DNA of 64,000 bases. It comes from Vicinamibacterales bacterium (GTDB lineage Bacteria > Acidobacteriota > Vicinamibacteria > Vicinamibacterales > SCN-69-37). The stretch is taken from NCBI GenBank assembly GCA_038319675.1, contig JBBQDM010000008.1, positions 59,185 to 123,184 of the forward strand. Reading direction: 5' to 3'. A model generated the notes under the pieces. It was not told the origin of the DNA, did no database searches, and saw only the letters and a list, made by a program, of their open reading frames with translations. Position 1 is the first letter of the stretch. Every line of letters begins with the position of its first letter. Positions 1 through 9,935 of this stretch are shown piece by piece. The position numbers and the translations under genes are program-made.

Positions 1-1
1 C

Positions 2-808
2 CTCTCGGCTCGATTTCCAGCATTTCGAGCGCTCCAGGACGCAAAGATCGCGGTTGTCGGTGCTGGATGCCTGGGTGCCCCTAGCATTTTGGAGTTCGCA
101 AAAGGGGGCGTCGGCGAAATCAGAATTCTTGAGCCAGATATCGTTGATGCTGGGACCATCGTTCGCTGGCCTCTCGGTCGCCCCGCGATAGCAAGGGAGA
201 AAGCAAGAGTCCTTCTTGAACAAATTCGATTCAACTATCCGTGGGTGAAAACCATCGGATGCAGCAGCCGACTGGGCCTAGCTTGCGAGAACCCGCAACT
301 CACTGAGCGAAAAGCGCTCGCGACAATGTTGGACGGAGTTGACCTGTTATTCGACGCTACGGCTGAGCCGGGGATTCAGTATTTCCTCGCGGAAATCGCT
401 CGCAGCCGATCTATTCCTTATGTCTCTGTCGACGCCACTCGAGGTGGCCTTGGAGGCACTGTGCTTCGGCTCAAGCACGAGGGAGGCGCCTGCTGGGGCT
501 GTTTGCAGCTGGCCCTAGAACATGGTGATATCGGGAAGCCGCCTGAAGATGAAGACGGTTCGGTTCAACCAGCCGGCTGTGAGGCGGTCACCTACGTGGG
601 CAGCCACTTCGATCTGCAAGAGGTAGCCCTACAGGGCGTGAGGCTTGCTATGGCCAGCCTTTGCGGGAAGTACTTCCCAGCGTTCGGGAACTTCGAGTGG
701 GATGTGGGGGTCCTGAGCATGCGCGACGCCGGCGGTCAGAGGACCGAGCCGCGTTGGTCAGTGTTTCCTCTTAAGAAGTACGCCGATTGTCCAGTCTGTA
801 ACCGATGA
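2..808 (+). CDS. E1-like (ThiF/MoeB-fold) adenylyltransferase domain protein; 5' end lies off the window
   Basis: The frame is open from the window edge. It has the Rossmann loop KIAVVGAGCLGAP...GVGEIRILEPDIVD and two CxxC pairs (CWGC, CPVC). Its stop overlaps the JAB gene start by 4 nt. Confidence 0.8.
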   Translation, partial: LSARFPAFRALQDAKIAVVGAGCLGAPSILEFAKGGVGEIRILEPDIVDAGTIVRWPLGRPAIAREKARVLLEQIRFNYPWVKTIGCSSRLGLACENPQLTERKALATMLDGVDLLFDATAEPGIQYFLAEIARSRSIPYVSVDATRGGLGGTVLRLKHEGGACWGCLQLALEHGDIGKPPEDEDGSVQPAGCEAVTYVGSHFDLQEVALQGVRLAMASLCGKYFPAFGNFEWDVGVLSMRDAGGQRTEPRWSVFPLKKYADCPVCNR

Positions 809-1278
809 GCTCCTGCTACATCTCTTCATCAGCGATCGAGTTGATGACGTACCAGGCTGATGTCCATGAGCCGTTGGAGACGGGAGGCATCTTATTGGGC
901 ATTGCATCAAGGGAGGACATCTGGATCGAGGAGGCAATCGGTCCTGGTCCATTGGCTAAACATGAGAAGAGCTGTTTCGTTCCCGACCACGAGTATCAAG
1001 AAAGAGCCATCGAGGCTGCCTATGTTGAATCGGGACACCGGATCCAGTATCTAGGCGACTGGCACACACATCCAGGCGGACCGCTGGTCCTCAGCCGGTC
1101 CGATCGGCGAACGTTCAAGGCGATCGCTCGATACCAGCCGGCGCGGCAGCCGCGGCCAGTGATGCTGATACTCGCAGGTGGCTTTCCCTGGAAACTTGGA
1201 GTCTGGCGGATTACACGCAGCCAGTGGACGCTGAGCCTTTCTGTGGACGAGATGAAACGCGTTGTCGTCGCCGATTGA
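805..1278 (+). CDS. JAB/MPN (JAMM) metallo-isopeptidase
   Basis: Carries the ETGG glutamate plus HTHPGGPLVLSRSD (HxHx7Sx2D JAMM motif). It is translationally coupled to the E1 gene. Confidence 0.85.
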   Translation: MSSCYISSSAIELMTYQADVHEPLETGGILLGIASREDIWIEEAIGPGPLAKHEKSCFVPDHEYQERAIEAAYVESGHRIQYLGDWHTHPGGPLVLSRSDRRTFKAIARYQPARQPRPVMLILAGGFPWKLGVWRITRSQWTLSLSVDEMKRVVVAD

Positions 1279-1457
1279 CCCGAGAGTCCGCAAGACAACC
1301 GGCCTCGGAGGCGCGGACGAGAAGCCGAAACGGAAACAGAAGGGCAGCAAGAGCGACTGCATCGGGATCGAAGGGGTTCAGGCCCATCGGACAGCTATCG
1401 TTGAATAACGGCGTGGAGCACACAATTCATGCGATAAGACGTAGGCGGTGGAGGGTG

Positions 1458-2408
1458 ATGCCCCTGGCGATTCCAAGTTTCGAGCTATGTGGTTACCCGG
1501 TTGCAGTCGTCGAGGCAAATAGTACGGATCTTGAACCAAATGGAACAGCGGACACTGGGCGCGGGCCCGGCGCAACGCCAGGCGCTTTGCCCCTCTTTGA
1601 GGGAGCACCACGAGACCACGCCAACGTTCATGCGTGCTTCAGTGCTGCGGAGACTGCCAAGCTGGAACGTCTTGGAGTCACGTTTTCGATGCAGGGTCTT
1701 CGCTTCGCGAGAGAACTTGCTGATCCGGAACTCAGGTTCACCTGGCAGGCCATTTCCGCGTTGGGACGTCGGGCTCCGAATTTGAAAGATACGGCCAGGT
1801 GGATGATTGGCGATTGGATGAACGCTGCTTCCCGAGGTCATGACGAGCACTGGCCTTTGAGAATCATTCGCGAAGAAGACGAGTTCCATCAGTTCAGACA
1901 GCGCCTGCTTGAGCTATCCGGGACGGCCCTCGTTGCTCTGCAGATGTTGGAATTCACCGTTGGCGTTGCTGTCCGTGCACTAGAGCTGTCGCCAATTGCA
2001 ATGACAACTGAGGATGTGTTTAGCCCAGACAAAGTCATCAGAGGACGCACCCTGGGCCGACTGAACCGAGAGCTGAAGAATAGACGCATTTTCGTCGACG
2101 ATTTTCAAGAACGGATGGACTGCTTCGTGGAGTTGCGAAACAGGTTCATTCACAATGCATGGACGGCATCGTTTGCTGAGCGTCCTGACGATCACGTTCA
2201 ACGAATGAAAGCACTTCACGGACTGCAGAGGTTGCTGTTGTCTCTTATTCGCGAGACAGATGCGATTAATACGGTGTTTAGGGGGCTTGTGGCGACAATA
2301 GGTGAGTCCATAACAGATCAGACGAATAGCGTCCGAGATTGGCTGGACGATTCCGATGGCAGCCTAGCCGCGTTCAATCGAGTGCTTAGAGCTCCATCGG
2401 AGCCGTAG
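1458..2408 (+). CDS. HEPN-motif protein (putative RNase effector), otherwise unknown
   Basis: ATG at 1458 is preceded by GGAGGG. The C-terminal FVELRNRFIHN fits the Rx4H HEPN signature. The upstream part of ORF 1224 is Arg-rich and overlaps the JAB gene, so it was discarded. Confidence 0.6.
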   Translation: MPLAIPSFELCGYPVAVVEANSTDLEPNGTADTGRGPGATPGALPLFEGAPRDHANVHACFSAAETAKLERLGVTFSMQGLRFARELADPELRFTWQAISALGRRAPNLKDTARWMIGDWMNAASRGHDEHWPLRIIREEDEFHQFRQRLLELSGTALVALQMLEFTVGVAVRALELSPIAMTTEDVFSPDKVIRGRTLGRLNRELKNRRIFVDDFQERMDCFVELRNRFIHNAWTASFAERPDDHVQRMKALHGLQRLLLSLIRETDAINTVFRGLVATIGESITDQTNSVRDWLDDSDGSLAAFNRVLRAPSEP

Positions 2409-2530
2409 AAGGCCGATTCCTCGGAGCAACCATTTTGTTCGCCATCGCCTCACGGCCGGAGGCGCCTTCCTAAAGCAGCGTACACGGCCGCTCCCTAGCG
2501 CTGGTTCTCACCTACATTCGATGCGCGAAA

Positions 2531-4546
2531 TCAGTGCTCGATCTGCAACTTCCTGAATAAGACACGATTCCGTTTCTTAGCATCACCCAACATCTTGTTG
2601 TAAGGAATTATTTCGACATAGGTCTGGAGAAGATCGAAATACCCGAAGAATCCGGCGCCATCGGAAGATCGCCTCAGGCCTCCCCGCGCGGCCAATTGAA
2701 GCAATTCAGGACTATCGTCACAAACGATGTAGACGAACGCAGGAATCATCGGATTGTTCACAGAAATCGCTCGCCCATCATCCATCTTCCTTTTCCCTGA
2801 GCGAATCTCAGAAACCATGCGGTGCGCTTGATCGATCGGGTCTTCATCGCCAAAGTCGGTGCGACCGGGCCGTTTGAACTCGACCACCACGACAGAGCTG
2901 ATAACGTCGTCATCCGGCGCGAAGCTGGTGGCTTCGCCGAAGATCATCATGTCGGGGCGCGACTTTGAGGCAGAGGTGATCGTCGACACGTTTGACAGTT
3001 GTTTGTCGGAGGCAAGATAGCCGTGAAATGCGAGGCGTTCGTCGATGATCCATAAGTTTTGCTGCTCGTACGGCACGTCCGTGGATTCCACCCGCATGGG
3101 ATAGATGATTTCGTGGAGCACGCGCTCTAGATCGTAGTCGGCGGTCGTTGGGTTTATCGCCAGACTCTTGGCCAAAAACTCAAGCATGACTTTGCGATGC
3201 ACGATGTATCGCGCTAGGGACGACTTTCCAAGTTCGTTGGCTCGAACAAGATAGTTTTCGACCTGTTGCTCATAATCCTCTGGCCGCTTTCCGACCGCTG
3301 TCACCTGTTTAATGATGCGCGCGTGAGCCTTTCGCAGCTCTCGCTCTTCGACGTAGCGTTGTTGCTGGAGGACTTCGTTGATTTTCGATTCGGATGCGTC
3401 ACTCGGGACAAGGTGGATGAATCGTTCGAGGTTCTTCAACATCGGGCGCAACTCGGGCGTCTTCTTGATGAAACGCCGCACGCGCTTCTCGGCCTCATCA
3501 GCAGCTTGCTTTAGGAACGGTGCGAGGTCGAGCTTGGCAGCCTCGATAGCGGCGGAGCGGATCGCAGGAAACCTGATCAAGTCAGGGTCGTCTTGAAAGA
3601 GCCCGTGGCTGCTCGCGTCTGTCATCGGAAACGTAAAGTGCAGTCGGTCAGGGTTTGTGTGCTGATTCAGGTACTCGCCTTGCACAAACCCAACATATAC
3701 AAACTTGTCGCCATCGTCGCCCGAGAGCTGCTTGTCGCCGATACTGGGTATGTCGTTGGTCAGTGCCTCAGAATGAACGGCTCGGTAGTTGCTCGCATAG
3801 ATCAGCCGATGCTTACTGTCGCCACGGCCTCCGGTCTTTAACTTGAATCCGGTGAGCTCGAATCGCTGGCCTTGGATCACAAACTCCCGCGCCTCGACCT
3901 TTTGAAACGTCGCCTCGAATTGATCATTCATTCGTAGCTTTTCACCATCGTCGATAATCTCGACAATTGGGCCGTCTGGATTCAGGAAGTACGGCACACC
4001 ATGCGCCAAGATGCCGGTGGCGATCGCCTCCGGCGTGGATTCGCAGTGGGAACGCCACGGCTCCCTCATGCCGCGCAGTTCAACTGTGGTCCTGTTCGTC
4101 CGCTCATGTGACGGTGTTGACGGAGGAACGTCAATTAGCCGGCCGACTTTTGGGAATGACAGCTGTTGATGGAGCATGCTGCCACCTGCGTGGAAGTGAC
4201 TGTCAATTTCAACGGAATTGAATACCTTCAAGTACGTGAACCGGCCGATGCCTTTCGCACCCAGTCTGAGTTTGTGTTGCGAGTATGCGGTGAAGAAAGA
4301 CTTCAGATTGTGCTGCGTGAAGCCTTCACCGTCGTCTGTGATCGTAAATCCAGTGACACAGCCTGGCCAGGCGGGATCCAGAGTCGCCTCGCGATGGATC
4401 ACGATTTCAATTCGGCCGCGGCCCTTCTTGGACTTCAGTTCGGAGATCGCCTGGAACGCATTGACCACCGCCTCGAACAATGGCTGTAGCGCCTTGCTCT
4501 TGGGCACGTCGATTGAGGCGAGCTTCCCATCGAGACTGAAATCCAT
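2531..4546 (-). CDS. GHKL (Bergerat-fold, HATPase_c-like) ATPase with C-terminal PD-(D/E)xK-like nuclease region
   Basis: The N-terminus has ITDDGEGF and GAKGIGRFTYLKVF motifs typical of GHKL/MORC-like ATPases. The C-terminus has RPDMMIF...VVVVEFKRPG, resembling PD...ExK. Confidence 0.65.
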   Translation of the reverse strand: MDFSLDGKLASIDVPKSKALQPLFEAVVNAFQAISELKSKKGRGRIEIVIHREATLDPAWPGCVTGFTITDDGEGFTQHNLKSFFTAYSQHKLRLGAKGIGRFTYLKVFNSVEIDSHFHAGGSMLHQQLSFPKVGRLIDVPPSTPSHERTNRTTVELRGMREPWRSHCESTPEAIATGILAHGVPYFLNPDGPIVEIIDDGEKLRMNDQFEATFQKVEAREFVIQGQRFELTGFKLKTGGRGDSKHRLIYASNYRAVHSEALTNDIPSIGDKQLSGDDGDKFVYVGFVQGEYLNQHTNPDRLHFTFPMTDASSHGLFQDDPDLIRFPAIRSAAIEAAKLDLAPFLKQAADEAEKRVRRFIKKTPELRPMLKNLERFIHLVPSDASESKINEVLQQQRYVEERELRKAHARIIKQVTAVGKRPEDYEQQVENYLVRANELGKSSLARYIVHRKVMLEFLAKSLAINPTTADYDLERVLHEIIYPMRVESTDVPYEQQNLWIIDERLAFHGYLASDKQLSNVSTITSASKSRPDMMIFGEATSFAPDDDVISSVVVVEFKRPGRTDFGDEDPIDQAHRMVSEIRSGKRKMDDGRAISVNNPMIPAFVYIVCDDSPELLQLAARGGLRRSSDGAGFFGYFDLLQTYVEIIPYNKMLGDAKKRNRVLFRKLQIEH

Positions 4547-4707
4547 AGCAGTATTGAGAGATTAACATTGTGGCCGGGGTATGACAGGGCTGGTCCCGCC
4601 GACGACAATCGGTCAGTGTGTCAGCGTCGAGCCTGAGCATATCCACGGCCGACCGCTTAGATCGGGGAAAGGCCTGGCTGAATGGTGATCAGTTGGGAAG
4701 GCTGATC

Positions 4708-4731
4708 CTCATCCCCGCGTTGCCTTTTTCC
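4708..4731 (+). repeat. 24-nt box CTCATCCCCGCGTTGCCTTTTTCC, copy 1 of 3
   Basis: Identical 24-mers occur at 4708, 12098 and 17453, each at the 5' end of a double-HTH gene whose remaining sequence is strongly diverged. Confidence 0.9.
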
Positions 4732-5154
4732 AAGTTGACTATCAATGCCCAGAAGCCCAGAGATTCCGCATATCCAGCCAAACTTGTGACCATCGGCGAC
4801 CACATCCGAGCACGCCGCCTCGACTTCGGCCTCCAGCAACGCGAGGTCGCGACCCGGCTCGGCGTTTCGCCGTCGGCGGTATTGAACTGGGAAAGAGGTA
4901 GAACAGAGCCGGTAATCCGATCCCTGCCCGCAATTATCGATTTCCTTCAAATGGACCCTCGACCAGAACCAGAGGCAATCGGCGGGAAGCTGCGGCACCG
5001 GCGTCAGGCTCTTGGCCTGCCGATTGAGGCACTCGCTCTGGAGGTTGGTATCGACCCGGGGACGCTCAGAGGGTGGGAGCGAGGTCAGCTGCCAGCGACC
5101 GGCCAACTCAAAGAAACTCGTGCCCGATTGTACAGGTTGCTCGCCGTTCCGTGA
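4720..5154 (+). CDS. XRE-family transcriptional regulator with two tandem HTH modules
   Basis: Contains LQQREVATRLGVSPSAVLNWERGRTEP and LGLPIEALALEVGIDPGTLRGWERGQ. The TTG start is inferred from paralog 17465, where an upstream in-frame stop forces TTG. The ORF could also start at 4618. Confidence 0.75.
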   Translation: MPFSKLTINAQKPRDSAYPAKLVTIGDHIRARRLDFGLQQREVATRLGVSPSAVLNWERGRTEPVIRSLPAIIDFLQMDPRPEPEAIGGKLRHRRQALGLPIEALALEVGIDPGTLRGWERGQLPATGQLKETRARLYRLLAVP

Positions 5155-5466
5155 GCCCGGGCGAGGAGGCGTGCTTCTCGACGAAATCGGCGCTGAGGCT
5201 GCACGGAAGAGGTTGGTGGGGCGTGCTCAGAAGGTGAGCGAAGGAACTAGTCATCCCCGAAATGGGCTGACCCAATTCCGCCCTTGAGAATTCCGCGAGC
5301 GACCCCTTGAATGCTGAAGCCCGAGCGTACGACGATCGGTTCGTGATGCTCAGTTGAATCGGGCATTAGAACATCATAGCGCCACCCGGAACGTACCTTT
5401 TCAAGGTAGCTTCGCCATCGACAAGGGCGACGACGATCTCGTTACGCTCCGCCCTTGTTTTTTTTC

Positions 5467-7677
5467 CTATCTGAGGGTCTCCAACACTGCGGAATACCGA
5501 TCCGTCCACACATGGCCGCCCCAATTCCCGACAGCCGGCACCCATGCCGATCCGAGTTGCCCAGCCTGGCTGGCGAGGCCTGAAGAATTGCCCAAGTTCA
5601 AGCTAGCGGCGTCGGCTCTAAAGAGCAGCCAGTCGGACGCTTCAGACCCTCTACCGGGAAACTCCCCGCTGAACTGAGCGGCCCCGAGGCCAAGGCCAGT
5701 GCCGACAGCCACGATAGCGGGACCAAGATCTAGATACTTGTTCGATATGTGAACTAGCAGCATGCCTCCATCTCGCAGTTTTCGAAGGTACAACCTGAAC
5801 GCCTCCATCGTCACCAAGTGTACGGGAATCGAATCACCACTGAATGCATCGACAACGATCAGGTCGACCGCACCGTCGGCCAACTCTGACACTCCTTTTC
5901 GCCCATCGATGTTCCGGACATTGATGGTCACGCCAGAGTCTGCAGCCTCGGACAAATAGTTGAATCCGTCTGGCCGCGTAGCCAGTTCGATAACTGCAGC
6001 ATCAATCTCAAAGAACGTCCACTCACTTCCTGGAGCCGCATAGGCAGACACAGTTCCCGTTCCCAGTCCGATTACAGCTCCGTCTGGTGGACTGGAATAG
6101 CTGCCAACTACGTCTCGTACGGGACCATAATATGTCTCACGGAGCCTGTCGTTTGAAGCCACGCCCTGGCTTCCGTGCAGAATTCTCCCATTGACGAGCG
6201 CCCGCGTACCTCCAGATTCAATAACCTGGAGCGTTCCGTAGAACGTTCTCGTCCGCCACACCTCTACGGGGTTTTTGCCAGCCACTATTAGTGTTGCTAC
6301 GATCAAGCCGAGGATGCCTCCACGGAGTAACCAATGCGGCCGGGCCATGAAGGCCAAAGAGAGCGGGAGCGCCAACCGAACAGCAGTTGTAGCCAACCTT
6401 GTCTGTGATCCCAGCGCCCGCAGGATTTCCTCTCCGATCAGCACAAGCGCCAGTCCACATCCGACCAGCGCAACCGCCTCGAGTCCGTCGCGCCGAGACA
6501 CGCTCGGCCCACGAACACTGAGACACATGTGTGCGACGACCAAGGCGATCGGGTATTCGAGGAATCCATTGAAGATTAGCGGCGCTATGACGCTGTTTGC
6601 GATTCCCCCGAGAGTCCCCCCGACTGCCAAGCACAAATAAAAGGCCGTAATCCGTTCTTGAGTTGGCGCTGAACAGGCCAGCCTTACTGCTAATGCCAAT
6701 TGAACAACTGTCGACAGCAATAGGTGGGCGCCGAGCGACCTCAGCGGATAACCGGAGCTTGCCAGAAACAGCAACAACACTGCGGCAACCGTAGCAGACC
6801 GTCCCACCACAAGGTGCCAGCTAACTGATTGTCTTATCGTCGTTAGTCCAAACGCCAGCGCATGAGCAATCAGGAAGCCCGCAAGCGGAGCAACCCACAA
6901 TAACGGGACTGCAGCTACATTGTATGAAAGGTGGGCTGTAACACCCAGAAGCAGGCTGGTGCCAACAGCAGGAAGGGAGACCCATGTTACCAACTCCGAT
7001 GTAGCTACCGAGGCTGTGAGGTGCGTTCGATGAACGGAAGCCCTCGTGGTAGCGCTCAAGGACGGGATTAAACATAAGAGCGCAAGCCCCAGCCCCCACC
7101 AAGGCAGTACACCAAGCTGTTGGGTCAGGTCACTAGAGCGTTCAATCAAAGCAGGATAAGCCACCAGACCGAGAATATTCCCCAGCGTACTGACCGCGTA
7201 GAGCTTTCGGTGGCCACGGCCTTCAGAACCGCCGCCGTTCGAATCGCCATGCCAGGAGAGTATAATTGGGGCAGTGGCAAATAGCGCAGCACAGAGTGGT
7301 CCAATTGTCCGACCAACCAACAGGAGTAGAGCGATCGTCTCGTTACCCTCGGGTCGCCCCTCCAACAAGGCTGGCCACTGAAAGGCGAGCATCGCTGCTG
7401 TCGACAACACGAGAGCATGAACCCACACTTGAAATCGCCGATCGACGACACGAGTGAGGAGGTGAGCGTATACATAGCCAAGCAAAAGACACGCCTGAAA
7501 GCACAGCGCAACCGTAGTCCAGACCATCGCGCTTCCACCGAATGCGGGCAGTAGCGCCTTCGCAACCACAGGCTGAGCGATGAATGTGACTATCCCGTTA
7601 AGGGGTAAAGCGACTATAAACAGGACGCCCAGGCTAGATTGACGACGTCGCACAGGGTCGACGATGCCGGACCTCAT
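5467..7677 (-). CDS. Fused polytopic membrane / spermidine-synthase-like protein
   Basis: Has many N-terminal TM segments. The C-terminal Rossmann region carries VIGLGTGT and DLIVVDAFSGDSIPVHL, as in spermidine synthase-type transferases. Confidence 0.7.
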   Translation of the reverse strand: MRSGIVDPVRRRQSSLGVLFIVALPLNGIVTFIAQPVVAKALLPAFGGSAMVWTTVALCFQACLLLGYVYAHLLTRVVDRRFQVWVHALVLSTAAMLAFQWPALLEGRPEGNETIALLLLVGRTIGPLCAALFATAPIILSWHGDSNGGGSEGRGHRKLYAVSTLGNILGLVAYPALIERSSDLTQQLGVLPWWGLGLALLCLIPSLSATTRASVHRTHLTASVATSELVTWVSLPAVGTSLLLGVTAHLSYNVAAVPLLWVAPLAGFLIAHALAFGLTTIRQSVSWHLVVGRSATVAAVLLLFLASSGYPLRSLGAHLLLSTVVQLALAVRLACSAPTQERITAFYLCLAVGGTLGGIANSVIAPLIFNGFLEYPIALVVAHMCLSVRGPSVSRRDGLEAVALVGCGLALVLIGEEILRALGSQTRLATTAVRLALPLSLAFMARPHWLLRGGILGLIVATLIVAGKNPVEVWRTRTFYGTLQVIESGGTRALVNGRILHGSQGVASNDRLRETYYGPVRDVVGSYSSPPDGAVIGLGTGTVSAYAAPGSEWTFFEIDAAVIELATRPDGFNYLSEAADSGVTINVRNIDGRKGVSELADGAVDLIVVDAFSGDSIPVHLVTMEAFRLYLRKLRDGGMLLVHISNKYLDLGPAIVAVGTGLGLGAAQFSGEFPGRGSEASDWLLFRADAASLNLGNSSGLASQAGQLGSAWVPAVGNWGGHVWTDRYSAVLETLR

Positions 7678-9914
7678 GGGTGGTGCCGCACCCCGAGAGC
7701 AAGGCAGAGGCTTCGGCGGTCCCGACCTGCGGTGGCAAGAGAGAAAAGACCCAAAATGCCTACGCTGAGAGCCGAGGAGAGCACTGTCAGGGGCTCAACA
7801 CCACGAACGCCGAACAGCAGCGCTTCAACAGTTGAGGAAAGCCCAAGCAGAAGTAGAGCTCCCGCAGAAGTCGCGACCAACCACGAAACCCAGGCAGGTC
7901 GAAGCACTTGCTCAAATGCCACAAACCGACTCGCACCGAGAGCCATCCGAATCGCGGCGTTCTGACCAGAGGTATGAATCACAGTCATGAGGGAATACAG
8001 CCCGCTAAGCATGCACGCGAAGCAAGCAATCCCAGCCACGATAGCAAGCAGGGAGCTCACGGCGATCTGAGGCGATTGCTTTTCCGCCAGAGCTGACTCT
8101 GCGGACTCCCAATCCTCAAGCGCACTCTCGGGCGAGACTTGTTCGAGTAGATAAGAGACCATCTCTTCCGCAGCACTGGTGGGTAATGTTGAGCGAACGG
8201 TAAGGACCCAAGTATCCCAGCGGTCCTGGATCGGCAAAAACACCATCGGCTCGGTCGCCCTTAAGGGGCTGCGATGCTTCATGTCGGCCACAACGCCGAT
8301 TACCGGGGTACGTTCCCTGCTTACGGTCACGACCTCGGGCAGAACAGGCTGTTCTCCAAATAGCGCTGTGGATGCCGCCTGGTTCATTACCACGCCGGCC
8401 ATTTCGGAACGTTCGAAAGTACGTCCGGCTGTGACCCTCATTCCGACAACATCGAAATACGAGGGTGAGACCCAGGCTGCAGTAAATAGCGGGGGCTCCT
8501 CCGCCGCTAGTGTTCCAACCGGGAGACCAGATCTGCCGTCCTCGAGGAGTCGGGCTCCAGTGGAGAACGTTGCTCTAACGTCCGAACCAGCAGAATCGAT
8601 TGACGCAACTAGTCGCGTCATCGTGTCTGCGTTGGCATGTCGAATCCTAGCGGTTGACAGCCCCTCCAGCGAAAAGCCGAGATCTACTCGTGCGATAGCC
8701 AGATAACTCTGTGGAACAAGAATCAGGAGGCCAACCAAGGGAACGCTCACGAGCGCATGACAGCCTGCGAAGAACGGTCCAAGGCGCGCGAAAAGGCGAA
8801 CCGTGCGAGGGAGAACGGCCAACGCCCCTGCGGCAATTCCCGCAACCAAGACGACCATTGCCACACTCACAGTCAACATAGTTGGCGCAAGCCCCAAGTG
8901 TGGTTGTTGAAACATCCACCAGCGCCCTTGGTCAGCAAGGAACTTCTGTGCCATTGGTAGAGCCAGGCGAGCACAACCCAGCCCAATCAAGAGTCCGGGC
9001 AGGACGAGCATGCTCGCGCGTACGACGGAATCAGTCCATATGTGGCGGGCGCTCGCGCCGAGAGCACGGCGAACCAACAACTCGTCCTTTCTGCTATGGG
9101 CCTGCTGGAAGAAGGCGTGCACGACGGTAAACAACGCGAGGCCCAGCAGAATGGAGACTATCAGGTAGAGGAGAAGGATCCAGTGCCTAAAGCCTTCCGT
9201 CTGTGGAGTGGGCCAGAGATCGACATCGACTGTTGTATCGACACCTATCGGCAGGACTACACTCCCGGGGGCACGGCTCCGCTCCCTCAGTACGGCCACA
9301 CCAAACAAACGTTCAACGCTGGTGTCCGGCCCAAGAAACCGCCAAGCCAATTGACGACGTTGATCAGGCGGGAAAACCCGGTCGTCCTCAATGACTCCAA
9401 TGATCGTTTCCGTCAGCCCTTCAACCGTGACGAACTGTCCCAGGGCCTGAAACGCTGAACCAAACGCCTCTATTGCGATTGCATGAGGGATCACAACAGC
9501 CCTCGGTTCATTGACCTGGGGCCAACGACCGGCAACCAAACGAAGGCCGACCATGTCCTTAACGCTCTCCGTTACCTCCAATACCGGCAGCTCACGACCG
9601 TGTCGACTCAGTTCAATCGGCGCAGAGAAGCGGTAGCCGCCGACAGCTCGAAAGACGTCGACGCGAGACTCAAGTTGAGCGAGGTGGTCGGTCGAGAGCC
9701 CCACCGGAAGCGGGCCGACCTTCGGCGAAAGGGTCGCAAAGAGCCTGCCGGCCGGATAAGGCAGTGGGCGATAGAGAAGCGTCTCAGAGAAATGGGAGAC
9801 AAGGGCGAATGCGCCCAGCGTTGCGGCCAGTGACACAATCGCACAGGCGTAAAGGCCCGGTCTGTGCCGCACTGGACGAATCGCCCAGTGCTGAATCGCG
9901 GTCATCAGGTACAT
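7674..9914 (-). CDS. ADOP-type duplicated FtsX/MacB-like permease (no adjacent ATPase)
   Basis: 746 aa with an N-terminal TM, large periplasmic-type domains and two clusters of FtsX-like TM helices. It has a 4-nt overlap with the downstream gene. Confidence 0.75.
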   Translation of the reverse strand: MYLMTAIQHWAIRPVRHRPGLYACAIVSLAATLGAFALVSHFSETLLYRPLPYPAGRLFATLSPKVGPLPVGLSTDHLAQLESRVDVFRAVGGYRFSAPIELSRHGRELPVLEVTESVKDMVGLRLVAGRWPQVNEPRAVVIPHAIAIEAFGSAFQALGQFVTVEGLTETIIGVIEDDRVFPPDQRRQLAWRFLGPDTSVERLFGVAVLRERSRAPGSVVLPIGVDTTVDVDLWPTPQTEGFRHWILLLYLIVSILLGLALFTVVHAFFQQAHSRKDELLVRRALGASARHIWTDSVVRASMLVLPGLLIGLGCARLALPMAQKFLADQGRWWMFQQPHLGLAPTMLTVSVAMVVLVAGIAAGALAVLPRTVRLFARLGPFFAGCHALVSVPLVGLLILVPQSYLAIARVDLGFSLEGLSTARIRHANADTMTRLVASIDSAGSDVRATFSTGARLLEDGRSGLPVGTLAAEEPPLFTAAWVSPSYFDVVGMRVTAGRTFERSEMAGVVMNQAASTALFGEQPVLPEVVTVSRERTPVIGVVADMKHRSPLRATEPMVFLPIQDRWDTWVLTVRSTLPTSAAEEMVSYLLEQVSPESALEDWESAESALAEKQSPQIAVSSLLAIVAGIACFACMLSGLYSLMTVIHTSGQNAAIRMALGASRFVAFEQVLRPAWVSWLVATSAGALLLLGLSSTVEALLFGVRGVEPLTVLSSALSVGILGLFSLATAGRDRRSLCLALGVRHHP

Positions 9915-9935
9915 ATGCCTGCCTCACAGAAGGGG

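Noticed and set aside
1224-1457. The N-terminal 78 codons of ORF 1224-2408.
   Set aside because: They are Arg-rich, overlap the JAB gene by 55 nt, and an internal ATG at 1458 has a good GGAGGG RBS.
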